The notes: generated from the sequence alone by a model not told the origin. A DNA stretch of 64,000 nucleotides from Hemiscyllium ocellatum (GCF_020745735.1 NC_083443.1:19581006-19645005); one strand, 5' to 3'; positions 37,890 to 51,113 are shown, counted from the stretch's first letter. Numbers and translations are program-made.

Positions 37890-38480
37890 CTTGGTAACCA
37901 CTTTTCAGTATACATCAGACACATGGACCATGTTCAGCAGACACCTTACACCCCTGGAGAATTATAACCGGCACTGCCTTCATAAGATCCTGCAAATACT
38001 AACAGAATAGGCATACCAACGTGAGCATCTTCTCCCAGGTCAGTTTCCCCACAGAGTCAATGATCAGACACAACCAGCTGCGATGGGTGGGCCACATTGC
38101 CCACATGCCTGACCCCAGACTCACTACAGCAAGTGCTCTATTCTGATCTCCACAAAGGCAAGTGATGACTAGGAGGGCAGAAGAAATACTACAAGGACAC
38201 CATGACAGCATCGCCAGTGGTATGTGGGAGTTGCTTGCACTGGACAAGTGTCCGTGAAAGTACCAGCCATTTCAAGCATCACCAAGTGGAGCCAGTGGAG
38301 GACAAGCACAAGATTGCACAGAATCCAGAGCATTCCAACCAACCGTCTTTCAAATACAGCCTCATCTGTGGCTCCAGGAGTATGGTCACCTGGAGTTCAC
38401 AACACTCTGGACAGCTCAGCAACTGCCTGCTAACTTTGAGGAATTCAAACCATTCACTGTCACCCATCTTGCACTAAAGC
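37890..38480 (+). mobile_element. Decayed RTE-clade LINE 3' fragment
   Basis: About 38070-38150 translates NQLRWVGHIAHMPDPRL..QVLYSDL, matching the RTE/BovB C-terminal LRW.GH..RM...RLP motif. Confidence 0.65.
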
Positions 38481-38608
38481 CAAAGACCAATTTTATTGCC
38501 AGCAAAATGAAGAACTTGTATTTATCATAGAATCATAGAATCCTTATAGTTTGGAAGCTGGCCACTTGGCCCAACAAGTTCACACTGACTCTCTGAAGAG
38601 TAACACAC

Positions 38609-39244
38609 GCGTTGCGGTCTCCTCTACATTGGGGAGATTGGGCGCCTCCTAGCAGAGAGCTTTAGGGAATATCTCCGAGACACCCGCACCAATCAACCAC
38701 ACCGTCCCGTGGCCCAACATTTCAACTCCCCCTCCCACTCTGCCGAGGACATGGAGGTCCTGGGCCTCCTTCACCGCCGCTCCCTCACCACCAGACTCCT
38801 GGAGGAAGAATGCCTCATCTTCCGCCTCGGAACACTTCAACCTCAGGGCATCAATGTGGACTTCAACAGCTTCCTCATTTCCCCTTCCCCCACCTCATCC
38901 TAGTTTCAAACTTCCAGCTCAGCACTGTCACCATGGCTTGTCCGGACTTGGCCAACCTGCCTCGCTCCTTTTCCACCTATCCACTCCACCCTCTCCTCCC
39001 TGACCTATCACCTTCATCTCCTCCCCCACTCACCCATTGTACTCTATGCTACTTTCTCCCCACCCCTACTCTCCCCTAGCTTATCTCTCCATGCTTCCAG
39101 CTCACTGCCTTTATTCCTGATGAAGGGCTTTTGCCCGAAATGTCGATTTCACTGCTCGTTGGATGCTGCCTGAACTGCTGTGCTCTTCCAGCACCACTGA
39201 TCCAGAATCTGGTTTCCAGCATCTGCAGTCACTGTTTTTACCTC
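38609..39244 (+). mobile_element. Penelope-like element of a second endonuclease type (source of family-A ends), 5'-truncated, inserted in an antisense V-SINE (about 38527-39378)
   Basis: RCGLLYIGE..VAQHFNSPSHS..EEECLIFRLGTLQPQGINVDF. Pyrimidine-rich 3' region and hammerhead motif CTGATGAagggcttttgcccGAAATGTC at 39117-39144. 9-bp TSD GTAACACAC at 38600-38608 and 39245-39253. Confidence 0.88.
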
Positions 39245-40098
39245 GTAACACACCCAGGCCCACTCCTCTACCCTATTACTCTAACATTTACCCCTGACTA
39301 GTCTATCTAACCTACACATCTCTGAACACTGTGGGCAATTTAGCATGGCCAATTCACCTAACCTGCACATCTTTAGATTTATACAGCAACTTGCATGATC
39401 TTAGACTATCCCAAAGCTTCACAAACATTCAAACACCCTCAAACATAAAAGTTGTTGAATAGGTGATAAATGCAGAGAGAATATGAATTGGAGCAAGCCC
39501 TCACACACAGCAATGGGGTATTCTATGAGTAGGATTTCATTCATGACCTTCCTGTCCCATTCCTCGCTGAAAAATGCAAAGGTTCTGTGAAATTTTAATT
39601 AAACATAAGACAGACTATCTTCCTGCGGACAAATAGCATGGTGCTGGAATCGCAGAGTGAGCTATTTCCTGACGTTAACAGCACAAACCATCGAAGAATG
39701 TGAAAGTACCATGTTCTTCGCCCAGCCGAAGCTGAACACTGCAGTTGCTGACGTGTGTGCTCTGGGGGGTAAAACGTGCAGGCGCTGAATTCGACTACCT
39801 TAAAAAAAACCCAGAAATTCTACAAACAGTGAAGAGTGTAGTGCATCGGAATAACAAATTAAAAGATGGTTAAAGTTTGTTAACTACTACTGAAAATGAA
39901 AAGCAGTGAAAGAGGAGCGTTCACTCACAGCAATCAGAGCTTAGGTGATATTTTTAAACTCTCAATTCGGCTTGAAAATCGAGACTGCTGCTCATCATTT
40001 GATGTCTAACTTGAGTTGTCCTGATTTTTGGCTCCATGTTATCATTGCCAGTTGAAATGTGAGAGCAGAGAGAGAGAAGGAGTCAGAGAAAGTTGCAT

Positions 40099-40190
40099 AC
40101 GTCATTCATCGCCAATTTCCTCGTCAGAATAGTGAGCAGTGGGGGCAAAGGGCTGGATGGTGCAGTATTGACAACCCCCTATATAAGGAG
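40099..40190 (+). promoter_or_regulatory. Core promoter of gene A (TATA box, CCAAT, CRE half-sites)
   Basis: TATATAA 40180-40186, CCAAT 40112-40116, ACGTCA 40099-40104 and CGTCA 40122-40126, all directly upstream of the ATG. Confidence 0.7.
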
Positions 40191-40241
40191 CAGGAGGTAC
40201 AGTCGTTGCACAGTGTTGCAGACACGACTGACAGCAGCAAG

Positions 40242-41249
40242 ATGAACTACAGCTGGGACTCTGTGGGTATGTCCCCCCATCGGAAGGTGTACACAGACCT
40301 TCAGGCTCGGACCCTGAGCTACTCCGTCCCTTCACTGCGAGCCCAGAACTGGTCCCGGACCAGCGTCCGCGCCGGCAAGGGGACGAGTGGCCGCGGCTTC
40401 AGTTCGGCAGCTCACCGGTCCTCGGAGATGGTGGAGTTCGCGGGTGAAGGCAAGGCGCGGGCCGCCAACGAGAAGGAGCAGATGCAGGGGCTGAACGACC
40501 GCTTCGCCGGCTACATCGACAAGGTCCGCCAGCTGGAGCAGCACAACAAGGCGTTGGAGGCAGAGATCACCGAGCTGAGGCAGAGGCAGACCACCTCCAG
40601 CCGCCTGGCCGGCGTCTATGAGCCGGAGATCAGGGAACTCCGCCTGCTCGTCCTGGACACGGAGAAGCAAAAGGGGCAGGTCTTGCTGGAGAGGGAGCGC
40701 CTGGGGGAAGACCTGCAGCAGCTCCAGGCCAAGCTGGAGGAGGAGACGCGGGTTCGGGACGAGCTCCAGGCGAGCATCGACCTGTGCAGGAAAGAGACGG
40801 GCACCTCTCACCTGGTGAAGCTGGAGCTGGAGAAGAAAGCCCAGGCGCTGGCGGATGAGATCGAGTTCCTGAAGAGCAACCACGAGGAAGAGGTGGCCGA
40901 TCTCTTCTCTCAGATCCAAGCCTCCCAGGTCGGGCTGGAGATGAAGGATTTCCTGAAGCCGGACCTCACTGGGGCCCTGAGAGAGATCCGGGCGCAGCTG
41001 CAGGGCTACGCCAGTGTCAACCTGCAGCAGGCGGAGCAGTGGTTCCGCTCCAAGGTGGCTCAACTTAACCAAGCTGCAGAAATGAACAATGAGGCCATCC
41101 AGGCGACCAGGCAAGAGATTAATGAGTACCGCAAGCAGCTCCAAACCAAGAGCATTGAGCTAGAGACGGTCAGGGGCACCAAAGAATCCCTGGAAAAGCA
41201 GCTCAGCGACATCGAGGAGAGGCACGATGCAGAACTAGTCCACTACCAG
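40242..41249 (+). CDS. NEFM-like: Neurofilament medium-like gene A, coding exon 1 (head plus most of the rod). Full CDS join(40242..41249,41339..41463,44808..46503), 942 aa
   Basis: ATG at 40242 in context AAGATGA, 62 nt after TATATAA. Translation MNYSWDSVGMSPHRKV...RAQNWSR...NEKEQMQGLNDRFAGYIDKVRQLE (IF coil 1A) and DFLKPDLTGALREIRAQL (NF-M-like linker). Ends CAG|GTAAGG at phase 0. Exact orthology to canonical NEFM is not established. Confidence 0.93.
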
Positions 41250-41338
41250 GTAAGGAGCACTGCCAGTTCAGCCCCGCTCTGCCTTCCCCTTGTCAGCTCT
41301 GAAAGTACAGGGTTTTTTTTTGTTTTTTTTAAAAACAG

Positions 41339-41463
41339 GATACCATTCAACAACTGGAAAACGAGCTGAGAAACACCAAGTGGGAGATGAGTCTCCACCT
41401 GAGGGAATATGAAGATTTGCTGAATGTCAAAATGGCTTTGGATGTGGAGATCGCCTCCTACAG
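41339..41463 (+). CDS. NEFM-like: Neurofilament medium-like gene A, exon 2 (coil 2B)
   Basis: Poly-T tract and CAG acceptor, then a 125-nt exon encoding [42 protein letters not shown], then AG|GTAAGG donor. Size and phase match the NEFM/INA second exon. Confidence 0.95.
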
Positions 41464-43574
41464 GTAAGGCGGTTGATAACATGCAGCATCACCTTCTCTG
41501 GAACTCAACAGAGTTGGGACCTTCAGGACGTCACACACTGCGTGGTCGCAGAATTCAAAGGGTGACTATTAAAATCTTAGAAGATCAAACATTTTTTTTC
41601 TATGAAAAAGTGCATGGTAAGCTGTCTCAAGGGTTAAATTCTTTGTGTCGGTGACTGAGTACCTCTGCTGGCCCCACTCAATTCGTTCAAGGATGTTATT
41701 GCACGCATCTGGACGAGGTTGGAATAAAGCCACAGCCTCCTGGCTTAAAGGGAGGACACTACCACTGCACCATTGCTGTGCATGATCAGACTGACATTAA
41801 CACTGCAAAGTTCACTCACGGCAGTGGGCTCGACACGTGTAAAGCAGTAAAGAATGAATATTTTCAGGGCTGATTGTTGATCGGTCTGGCCAGGAAAACT
41901 GAACAACTCGTTTTCCCGGTAAATGTCTAAATTTTTTGGACATGAATCCCACTAAAATAATGGGAATTATGAAAAGGCGTTAAAACTGCCGTGATCCTGA
42001 GAGGGAAAACAAACTCGAGAGCAAAACTGTACATCATTCAAGTCAAATACCTTTAATACCCCTCAACAAATCAGTAGAGAACCAAGCTGTGAGAATATTT
42101 CACTTGGGTAGTCCTGCACCAAAAATCACAGCAAGATCTTTTGTACCGAGAACCATGTCGATGAAGACTCACACAGGTTTGTAATTATGAAATATCCCGC
42201 ACGCAGATTATTCCCATAACAGCGTCTCTATTGATAGTCTCAAAGTCACAAAGGACAGTGAGCGCTGAAGGGGTTAAAGGGGATGTCAAGATGTTTGCAT
42301 CTCAGTCAATTAATCATTCCAACTTTGATGACCCGGGCGTTGTAAGGGACAGGCAGATTGCAAATGTCTTGCTAGGCAAGGCTGTCTGAAAGTAAATGAT
42401 AATCAAAGGAAAACAATATAGTATCAGAAAGTGCTGGGGGAACTCAGCAAGTCTTTCTGTGAGTAGCTGGAGAGAGAGAAACTGATCGTAAGCTGATAGT
42501 ATAAAGGAGCGCCTTGTTTCTTCACTGTAACCTTGACAGGTGACTGTGAGCTGTGCAGGGGAAAACACGATGCGGTGCTGGGATGCTGCAGTTTGGGAGG
42601 GGGAGGGGAGGACCTGGCTGAGAGCAGAATAGCAGCAAACTGTGGTTAGCGCTAGCGCGCCTTCTACTGGCGACGCTGTGCAGTGTTCTATAGCCCAGTC
42701 TGCACCAATTTGACAAGATCAGTCCCTCAGAAACATAGTGGGGCGAGGGAAGATAACATTTTCTTTAAACATTCACTTCCAATCCTCACAGTTCGGCTTC
42801 CACGGAAAGAATCAGGGAAGTGATTGGGAGAAGTAGGTGAAATCTTTTGATGCATTTTAGATTTACTTCAGTTGTGTTAGATCACAAACCTTTTCTTCAA
42901 ATTCAAGAAGTTTTATAATTCTTCTAATAAATGTCAAAGTGAGATTGAATTTTCTTAATTTCTCTACTGCAACTCTCATCAAAAATATAACAAGAATAAA
43001 AGCCACATTACTCAGGGTGTTCTACATTTTTGCAGGTATGTGTGAGTCGTGTCCATTGTCAATGGAGGTTATTTGATCAATTCACAATATAGTCCAACTA
43101 AGAAAACCCTCTAGTAATTAATAGGAAATGCAGAAGAATTTAGCAGGTCTGGCTACATGTATGATTTTGACTCTAATATGATTCTCCTTTGCAATTAAAA
43201 CAAATTGGATTACAATCATCTGCAATTAAACCACTTGTGTTTTATGTTGTATTCAGTATCAAAATGTACAGATATCTGAAGGAAGTCCATCAGGTTACTA
43301 TGTTACATTAATTCATTCACATTTTAAAATAAAGTGTTTCAAGATCAGTGCAACAGGGCTTTCTGAAATAAATGAGTTAACATAATGTGATTTTAAAATA
43401 TCTTAATCTGGAGCTGACTGCAGCTGGAGAACATCTATCTGGACTCTGGTAGGCTTGGATTTTTCTACGATTTTTCACTTTCAATCAAATAGTTTGTGTT
43501 TGCCCTTCAGACCCTCTAATCTTCAGTCAACAAGATCTGGATTTATCTGCACTTCACTCCCACACCCCCTCTAA

Positions 43575-44075
43575 AAAGACTTGCATTTATATAGCATTCT
43601 TCACAATCGCAAAAGCACTTGACACCAAATTTAAATGCTCTTTTGAGCATTGTTGCTAATGGTGCACTAATGGTGCTAATGGTGTACTATTGTTAGAATT
43701 CAGCAAACTCCCACAAATAACAGTGTGATCCGTCTTCTCAAGGGTACTGAAGGATGGGCAATATACAATGACCTTGCCAGAAACATGCATGTCCCAAGAA
43801 CAAAGAAGAAGAAAACAGATTTTTAGGGTGGTGTTGTGGAGCAAATGCCAGGCAATTCACCGAGTTAACTCTTCTCCATGTAGTGCCAGGGGCTCTTTTA
43901 TGTTCACCTGAGAGAGCAAACATGGCGGCAGTTTAATGCATCATCTGAAAAACAGTATCTCTGTCTTGGTGCCGTGCTAAATTGTTAGCTCTGATATTTG
44001 ATTTTGGTTGGTGAGGCAGGACCTGAATCCATAACATTGGGACTTAGAGGCAAGAACACTACCAACTGGGAATAG
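43575..44075 (-). mobile_element. Old Deu-domain-like tRNA-SINE in gene A intron 2
   Basis: The - strand reads TTTCAGATGATGCATTAAAC..CTCTCAGGTGAACATAAAAGAGCCCCTGGCACT, resembling the Deu domain (recalled by eye). The tail ends TATATAAATGCAAGTCTTTT. Confidence 0.5.
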
Positions 44076-44119
44076 AAGTGATAGACTTTTACATTTCAGA
44101 TTTGAGTTGATTATTCCTC

Positions 44120-44450
44120 ACAGAACCCCACAGCATGGAAGCAGGCCATTCAGCCCATCAAGTCCACACTGACTTGCTGAGCATCCCACCCAGACTCACC
44201 TCATTCCTGTAGCCCTGCATTTCCCATGGTTATTCCACTTAACCTACGCATCCCTGCGCACTACAAACAATTTAGCATGGCCAATCCACCTAACCTGCAT
44301 ACCTTTGTAGGAGGAAACCAGAGCTCCCCTGAGGAAACCCATGCAGACACAGGGAGAATGTGCAAACTCAAGGCAGAAAATTGCCCAAGGGTAGAATTGA
44401 ACCCAGGTTCCTGGCACTATGAGGCAGCAGTGCTAACCACTGAGCCATCC
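44120..44450 (-). mobile_element. V-SINE in gene A intron 2
   Basis: Reverse complement of the V-SINE head, V-domain and tail. Confidence 0.82.
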
Positions 44451-44807
44451 ATGTTACACACAGTGATATTGTTGAGGGGAATCTCAATGTATTGTGCAAA
44501 GGCCTAATGCTTTTATAAAATTAGGATAAGGAAAAGGAGACCGAGCCACTCCATATTACTTTCCTTCATGGATACTGACCAAGTGCAGCAGGGACAAGAG
44601 TCATGGGGCAGATCACTAGCTCGACTTGATGGTGCTTAGTGTGAAGGATGTAATACTAACTTGGTAAAAGTGAGAGAAAAGGAAATCATTTATTCATACC
44701 AAACTGTCCACTGCACCATTAGCATCATCAAGCATTGTTTAATTTGTGCACTCAGTAGTGTCATTCATCTTATAAGCACATAACGATGTTCCCTTTTCTC
44801 TAATCAG

Positions 44808-46503
44808 GAAACTGCTTGAAGGTGAAGAGACGAGATTCGGCTCAATTACAGGTAGCTACACTCCTCCTTCATATGCGTACAGACAAGTCCAACCCATGAC
44901 ACATTCAGTTTATGTCACGACAAAGGGCAAGGGCACCCCCACAAAGGCTGCCCCTCAATACAAATTTGTGGAAGAAATTATAAGTGAAACGACAAAGGAG
45001 GTTGACATAGCTGAGCTGGAAGACACCATCCAAACAGTTATCTCTGACGATGGTTCCGGTGAAAAATTTGACGAGGATGACCAAACCAAGCAGGAAGATG
45101 AAGAAGACAAAGATGAAGCAACAACAGCCGAAGCTTCAGATGAAGAGGAGGCTGAGAGGGAGAGCGAAACAAAAGAAGAGCGTGCAGAGGAAGAAGCTAT
45201 AGAGGGCAAAGAAGCTGAAGAGGATGGAACAATGACAACAGAAGAATCTGAAGAGAAAGAAAGTGCTGAAGCAAAAGAGAGTAATGGAGAAGAGACAACA
45301 GAAATAAAAGGTAAAGATGAATCTACAAAAACAAAAGAAACGGAAGGGCAAGATGCTGCTGAAATGAAAGATAATGTTGAAGAAGAAACTGCAGATTCTA
45401 GAGAAGAGGAAGAGAATACAGAAGCAAATGAACCTGAAGAACCAGAAACTACAGAAACAAAAGGCAAGGCTGGGCAGCAAGAAGTTAAAGACATTGCAGA
45501 GGAAAAAGCTCCTGAAAGAAAACAGGGCAAAGAAGACAGCACAGAGAGAAAAGAGTCTGCAACACAAGCAATAGCAGAAACGAAAACAGATGCTGAACAG
45601 GAAAAAACTGCTGGTGCAAAAGAGAAAGCCGAAAATGAGAAGCAAGCAGCTATTGAGAAAGATCAGACTGAACCAAGCGATGCTACAGACAAAAGAAATG
45701 GCAAGGAAAAGGAGGAAGACCATGTGACTCAGCAAAAGGAGGAGTCAAAAGGAACAAGCACAAATCAAAAAGATGAGCCCCACCCTGTGGCTGAAGAAAT
45801 TGCAGAAGAAAGTAAAGATACAAAGAAACCAGAGCTAGAGTCAGATAAAGTAAAAGAAAAGGCAAAAACAGATGCAAAAGAAGCTGCTTTTCAGGAATTA
45901 GCAAAAGAAAGTGAAAAGCAGACAGTTAAAGTTGAGAAAGTGCAAGCAAGTGAAGTAACAAAGGTGTCAGAAACTTCAGAGCAAACAAAAAAGTCTATCG
46001 AACAACCAAAGGAAGAAAAAGTCAAAGACAAAACAACTGATGTCCCTAAGAAGGAGGAGAAAGAAACAAGCAAAGACAACACTGTAACATTGGAAGAAAC
46101 ACAAACTGACAAAGATAGCGGCAAAAAACAGTCTAGCAAGGAAACTGAAGAAAAAATGGTGAAAACCTCAGAAGCAGAGAAAGTGCAAGAAAAAGTTACA
46201 AGTGATACTTCTGAAAGCAAGAGCACACAATCAATAGACAGAACAGCAGAGGCCATCATAAATGGCTTGGATATCAAAATAGATAAAGAAGATATAGAAG
46301 TTGAAACTGACAAGAAAACTACAAAAGTCTCAACACAGGTTGTGCAGAAAATTGCAGAGGAAACTATTAAAAGCACAGAAGAGATTGTGAAAATCACAAT
46401 GACCAGCACAATGAAAAAAGAAGTGATTGATGAAACAAAAAAGGAAGAAAAATCCATGTCAGCTTCATCATATACTCAAAGTGAAGCCAAAGGAAGTATA
46501 TGA
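44808..46503 (+). CDS. NEFM-like: Neurofilament medium-like gene A, exon 3 (rod end plus long Glu/Lys-rich tail)
   Basis: CCCTTTTCTCTAATCAG|G acceptor completes YR|KLLEGEETRF. NF-M-like YKFVEEIISET motif, acidic tail, INGLD motif near the C-terminus, TGA at 46501-46503. Confidence 0.93.
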
Positions 46504-46914
46504 GTGCCAGAAATAGCGATAGATCAGACAGTTTAAAAATGCATGTTACACAGTAAAGGTCTGGCACTTCAGCAATTTAAGAACATAGAAATGAAATGTA
46601 TGTTTCTGCAATAGGAAGTATGGGATTTTCTCAGGGGAATAATTTCAATTTTAATTTGTTGCTGCATGAATAATTGCACAATTAAACATTGCCATTGCCA
46701 TGGGGTGCTTACAAATATCTTTGACTTTGAGAAATAGTTTTGATGTCAATGGAATCAATACAACAGAAAAAGCCTTAATTTTCCTGTTGATTTTAATATA
46801 TTTAAATACATGCGCATTGCGTTTTAAAATTCAGACATTTTTGAGTCCTCAATGACACTTGTAATTGCTACGAGCATAATCGACTAACAAGGAGCAATCG
46901 ATATACCATTCACA

Positions 46915-46920
46915 AATAAA
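46915..46920 (+). terminator. Probable polyadenylation signal of gene A
   Basis: AATAAA about 410 nt after the stop codon, followed by a T/GT-rich tract (TTTATTTATTTTGGGATGTTTTGTCTG). Confidence 0.55.
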
Positions 46921-48919
46921 TGCACTTTGTCAAAGAATCTGTGTCAATACAAATTTATTTATTTTGGGATGTTTTGTCTGCTTAGAAAAACTTGGGACTT
47001 ACATTGTACATCTAAAACATTTTCCAAAGTATGACACAGCCAGCCAATATTTTTTTAAGTGTAGCCAATGCTAAAGCAAAAACAGCAGACAATTTGCTCA
47101 CAGCAAACTCTCTTAGACTCAATGTGAGTGATTCTTCCTCCTCCTCCTCCATAATACTGAGATTCTGCAGATCACAAACATTTGGACATCAAAATGATGC
47201 CTAATGCATTCCTAATTTCAAAATATATTTGCTTAGCTCAAGTACCATTAAACACCAACAATCAGCCTAAAAAAAAGACTCAGAAGATAAGAAGCAATTG
47301 AATGATATAGAATGAAGCTAGTTTCCACCAGAGACATAAAGTCACATGGTCATACAACATGAAAACAGACCCTTTGGTCCAACTGTTCCATACTGAACAT
47401 AATCGCAAACTAAACCAGTCCCACCTGACTGCTCCTGACCCATATCCCTCCAAACCTTTCCTATTCATGTACTGATTTAACACATAATCTATTCCATTAG
47501 GAGTCTATTCATTTACTGAATCATTTGAAGAAAAGAACAGAGAAACAAAATGTGTCCCTTTAAACATTCGATTTTATTAAGGGAATTTACTTCTTTGGTC
47601 ACTGGCCACAATCCAACTTCAAATCCAACACCTGAAATTCCTTTGCAAAGAACAATTTGTCCATTTTTAAATTTACTTGCTGACTGTCAGATGAGACAGT
47701 AAACACTGCAACTTAAGGCACTTATTGAAAGAAAAGTGGGTTAGATGTCACCATAAAGACTTCATCCCCACTTGTCTGAAAATAAATTGTAAGATGCTAC
47801 TTTTGAGCAACTGTAGTTTAATTTCTGCCTTAATGACATAAAATTAGCAGAATAACTCCAGAGTGTGGTTCTAAGCTGAAGTCTAAGGAGAACGCTGTGA
47901 TTCCTCTCAGACTCGACAATACAGGAATATTGATTGTTCTCTGGCTGATGCCTTGGAGTCAAGGTTAATGCAACAACTTCCTACTCATCTGTGTTTGATG
48001 GACATTTTCTGAGCACTCAGAATATCCTGAAACCTCCAACACGAATGGCACATCAAACTGCCTGAAACTCAAATAATGACAGCTTGGGTGATAGTTATAT
48101 CCAAAGGGATCCCTCAGTGAGGCAGTCACCCAGAGAAAGTTGGGTCAGGAAGGAAGGGGGGATGGCCCATTCGGCATGGATGTGCAGGTTCATGAAAGGA
48201 GGCTGTTAGCTGTTAGCTATCAGACCTGCCACAAGAGAGGGTTCACTTTCATTTAGTGTAACACACAGGAGTAATGGAAAGGAGGTTTTCCGCTAATGGT
48301 TGGCATTGAAAATTCAGGTCAGAGCAAAGACATGAGCTGAGCCCTGAAATGCATCTGGTTCCTGCAATGGCCCTGCATACTGCACACATTCACTGGTTAG
48401 CACTGTAGTTATGAACAGAGGTATAAAGAAAAGAGGGCTCTCTAAAATATGAAAGCTGCTTTTACAGTCAGGTAGTGTAAAAACAGTCTTGTTCTGCTGG
48501 CTTCAAATCAAAGTACTCTCCCTGACATCTGTACATGGTGACCACCCAATACTTTGCAGCCAATATCCTAATTTGCACCAAGCCCCATATTCACTGGCTC
48601 ACACAAGCTCCTGGTTCAGCTGTTTTTCAAATTCTCACCCTGATCTTCAAACCCCTGTCCTTGAATCTTACTGTGTGGCTCATTGCTCAATCTTACTGAG
48701 CAATGCTTATGCAGCAGCTTGCATTTACCATGATAAAGATTACATATAAATTTAAGTTGTTGTTCAAGATGCACTAATCTGAGATATGCCAGCCAGAATA
48801 CTGTACAGTAGTGTGAAGCTGTATTTGATGAGATTTTGTCAGGCGCTTTGCCGCCAACACCCAGTGTGTGACTTTCCCATTACTGAAAGCAGCCCTGTAA
48901 TAAAGAGCAGGGCAGATGT

Positions 48920-49128
48920 CCAAGAGTGTGGTGCTGGAAAAGCACAGCAGGTCAGGCAGCATCGGAGAAGCAGGAGAGTCGACATTTCGAGCATAAGCTC
49001 TTCATCAGGAATGTCGATGTTTCAAGCATGAGCTCACCTGCTCCTTGGATGTTGCCTGACCGGCGGTGCTTTGTCAGCACCACACACTTCGAGTCTGATC
49101 TCCAGCATCTGCAGTCCTCACTTTCTCC
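48920..49128. mobile_element. Family-A fold-back insertion
   Basis: Inverted arms, a - strand CTGATGAagagcttatgctcGAAATGTC motif and the tail GATCTCCAGCATCTGCAGTCCTCACTTTCTCC. Imperfect TSD GGGCAGATGT / GGACAGATGT. Confidence 0.78.
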
Positions 49129-50479
49129 ACGGGACAGATGTGACAAAACACTGGTCTCCTCACCAGCCAGCCTTCCTGAATTTGCCAGATTCGGGGCCTT
49201 CAGCTCATGGTACAGAAGCATTGCAAAGCTTCCCTGCCCCTCAGAGCCACAAGAGCCCACTGTACAAACTGGGCTTCATTTAGCAATTGCCAGCTAAGTG
49301 CAAGTGAGGACAACATCTGATCACCATCAATCTCAGACAGCACACCTTAAGAAGATGCATATTTTATAGGTATAAACTTTAGTACATTTTTGAATGTGTG
49401 GACTTCGCCTTTAATTCTGAATTCATTACCGCCCAGGTTTTGTTTTCTCTCCGCTTTCCGTCAGTGCTTGCTGCACCATGACTCAGCAGTTTAAAGATGT
49501 TTGAACCCAATTTGTATTCCACAGCACCATCTACTGACAAGAACCCCAAGTATCATTCTCAGCATTTACTGTGATCACTGAACATGCACAACAGTTTTAA
49601 TAATAAATTACTGTTGCCAAACATTCCACATTCACAGTTATCTGATATCTGTAACAGAGTTGTCCGAGACACAAATAGAATGAGGAGACAGCATGACTGA
49701 CTTCACAAGTTGATCACTTAAGTGAGGTCTTTGCTGACAGAAACTAAGGGATGCTGGTGGCTGATTACCAGAAGGGCAGCATGATCTGAATGTAACTGAA
49801 CTGCAGCACTATGACCTTGACATAACCTAGTGACTAAACCAATGTCTGTCTTTCTCTGAATTCAAATATATGCAACATATCATTTGAGACAATGGCCCTG
49901 ATTTTAACTCAATCCTCTGGATTGACTGGGTTGACTGCCTCAAACACCCTTTAACCAATATTTTAAAGCCAGAGTGGGTTTACTTGGGCTTGTTCTGGCT
50001 GACTTTGGCATTGCATCTACCATCTTCTGTTATTACTTGTCCCAAATAGACAAAGTTATTGGCTCATTTTACCGTAACTACTGTTTTAGACTTTTTAATG
50101 TTCATATGAACATAATTGAAGTGAATGGTGTGACATTGGAACAAGCCAATAACTTTCGTCTATTTAGAATAAATGATAACAGAAATTGGCAGAGATACTG
50201 CCGAATTTAAAGTAGGGATAGCATTATCCAGAAATTATTTTGTGAGGACAAATTTTGTGCTAACAAACTAAAACGCTCAACCTTGTGATAAAGAAAAGCT
50301 TCATTTTATGCTACATGATATCCATTTTCCTGCATTCCTCAGAAACCTGGACAATTACCAAGGGGCTGTGGAAGAAACTTAATGCTAAGAATGCTGAATG
50401 TCCTCATGGGAAATAGAAATTGACTGTAAATTTTGTAGCCATGAACTTGTGTGGTAAGAATCTGGCTGTAGTGCCTCTG

Positions 50480-51113
50480 AGTCGAGAGTGTGGTGCTGGA
50501 AAAGCACAGCAGGTCAGGCAGCATCTGAGGAGCAGGAGTTTCAACGCTTTGGGCAAAAGCCCTTCATCAGGAATGAGGCTGTGGCCCGAGGAGGTAGTGA
50601 GATGAATGGGAGGGGGGCTGGGGCTGGAGGGAGGTAGCTGAGAGTGTGATAGGTAAATGAAGGTGGGGGTAATGGTGATAGGTTGGTAGGGGAGATTGAA
50701 TCGGATAGACGAGAAGGAAGATGGATAGGTGGGACAGGTCATGAGGGTGGTGCCGAGTTGGAAGGTTGAATCTGGGATAAGGTGGGGGGAGGGGAAATGA
50801 GAAAACTGGTGAAATCCACATTGATGCCCTGGAGTCGGAGGGTCCCGAGGTGGAAGATGAGGCATTCTTCGTCCAGGCATCAGGTGGTGAGGGAGTGGCG
50901 ATGGAGGAGGCCCAGGACCTGCTTGTCCTTGGTGGAGTGGGAGGGGAAGTTGAAGTGTTCGGCTACAGGGCAGTGTGGTCGGTTGGTGCAGTTGTCTCAG
51001 AGATGTTCTCTGAAGCAGTCTGTAAGTAGGCGCCCTTTCTCCCCCAGTGTAGAGGAGACCGCATCGGGAGTAACAGATACAGAAAATGACATGTGTGGAA
51101 GCGCAGGTAAAAC
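50480..51113 (-). mobile_element. Penelope-like element fragment (same type as 38609-39244)
   Basis: FTCASTHVIFCICYSRCGLLYTG and downstream GIY-YIG sequence on the - strand, followed by the family-A terminal repeat with a decayed hammerhead. Confidence 0.85.

Noticed and set aside
40059-40241. 61-aa N-terminal extension of the 436-aa ORF in the track
   Set aside because: It starts at GTG upstream of the TATA box. The ATG at 40242 matches NF-M N-termini and gene B. The ORF's C-terminal run past 41249 is intron 1.
40332-41144. 270-aa antisense ORF (and 55307-55957, 44955-45542, 45136-45735, 45891-46457)
   Set aside because: Shadow frames caused by codon bias of the sense coiled-coil and Glu/Lys-rich exons.
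49072-49090. RE1 left-half-like TCAGCACCAC in family-A repeats
   Set aside because: No GGACAG right half follows, and it is a chance feature of the repeat.
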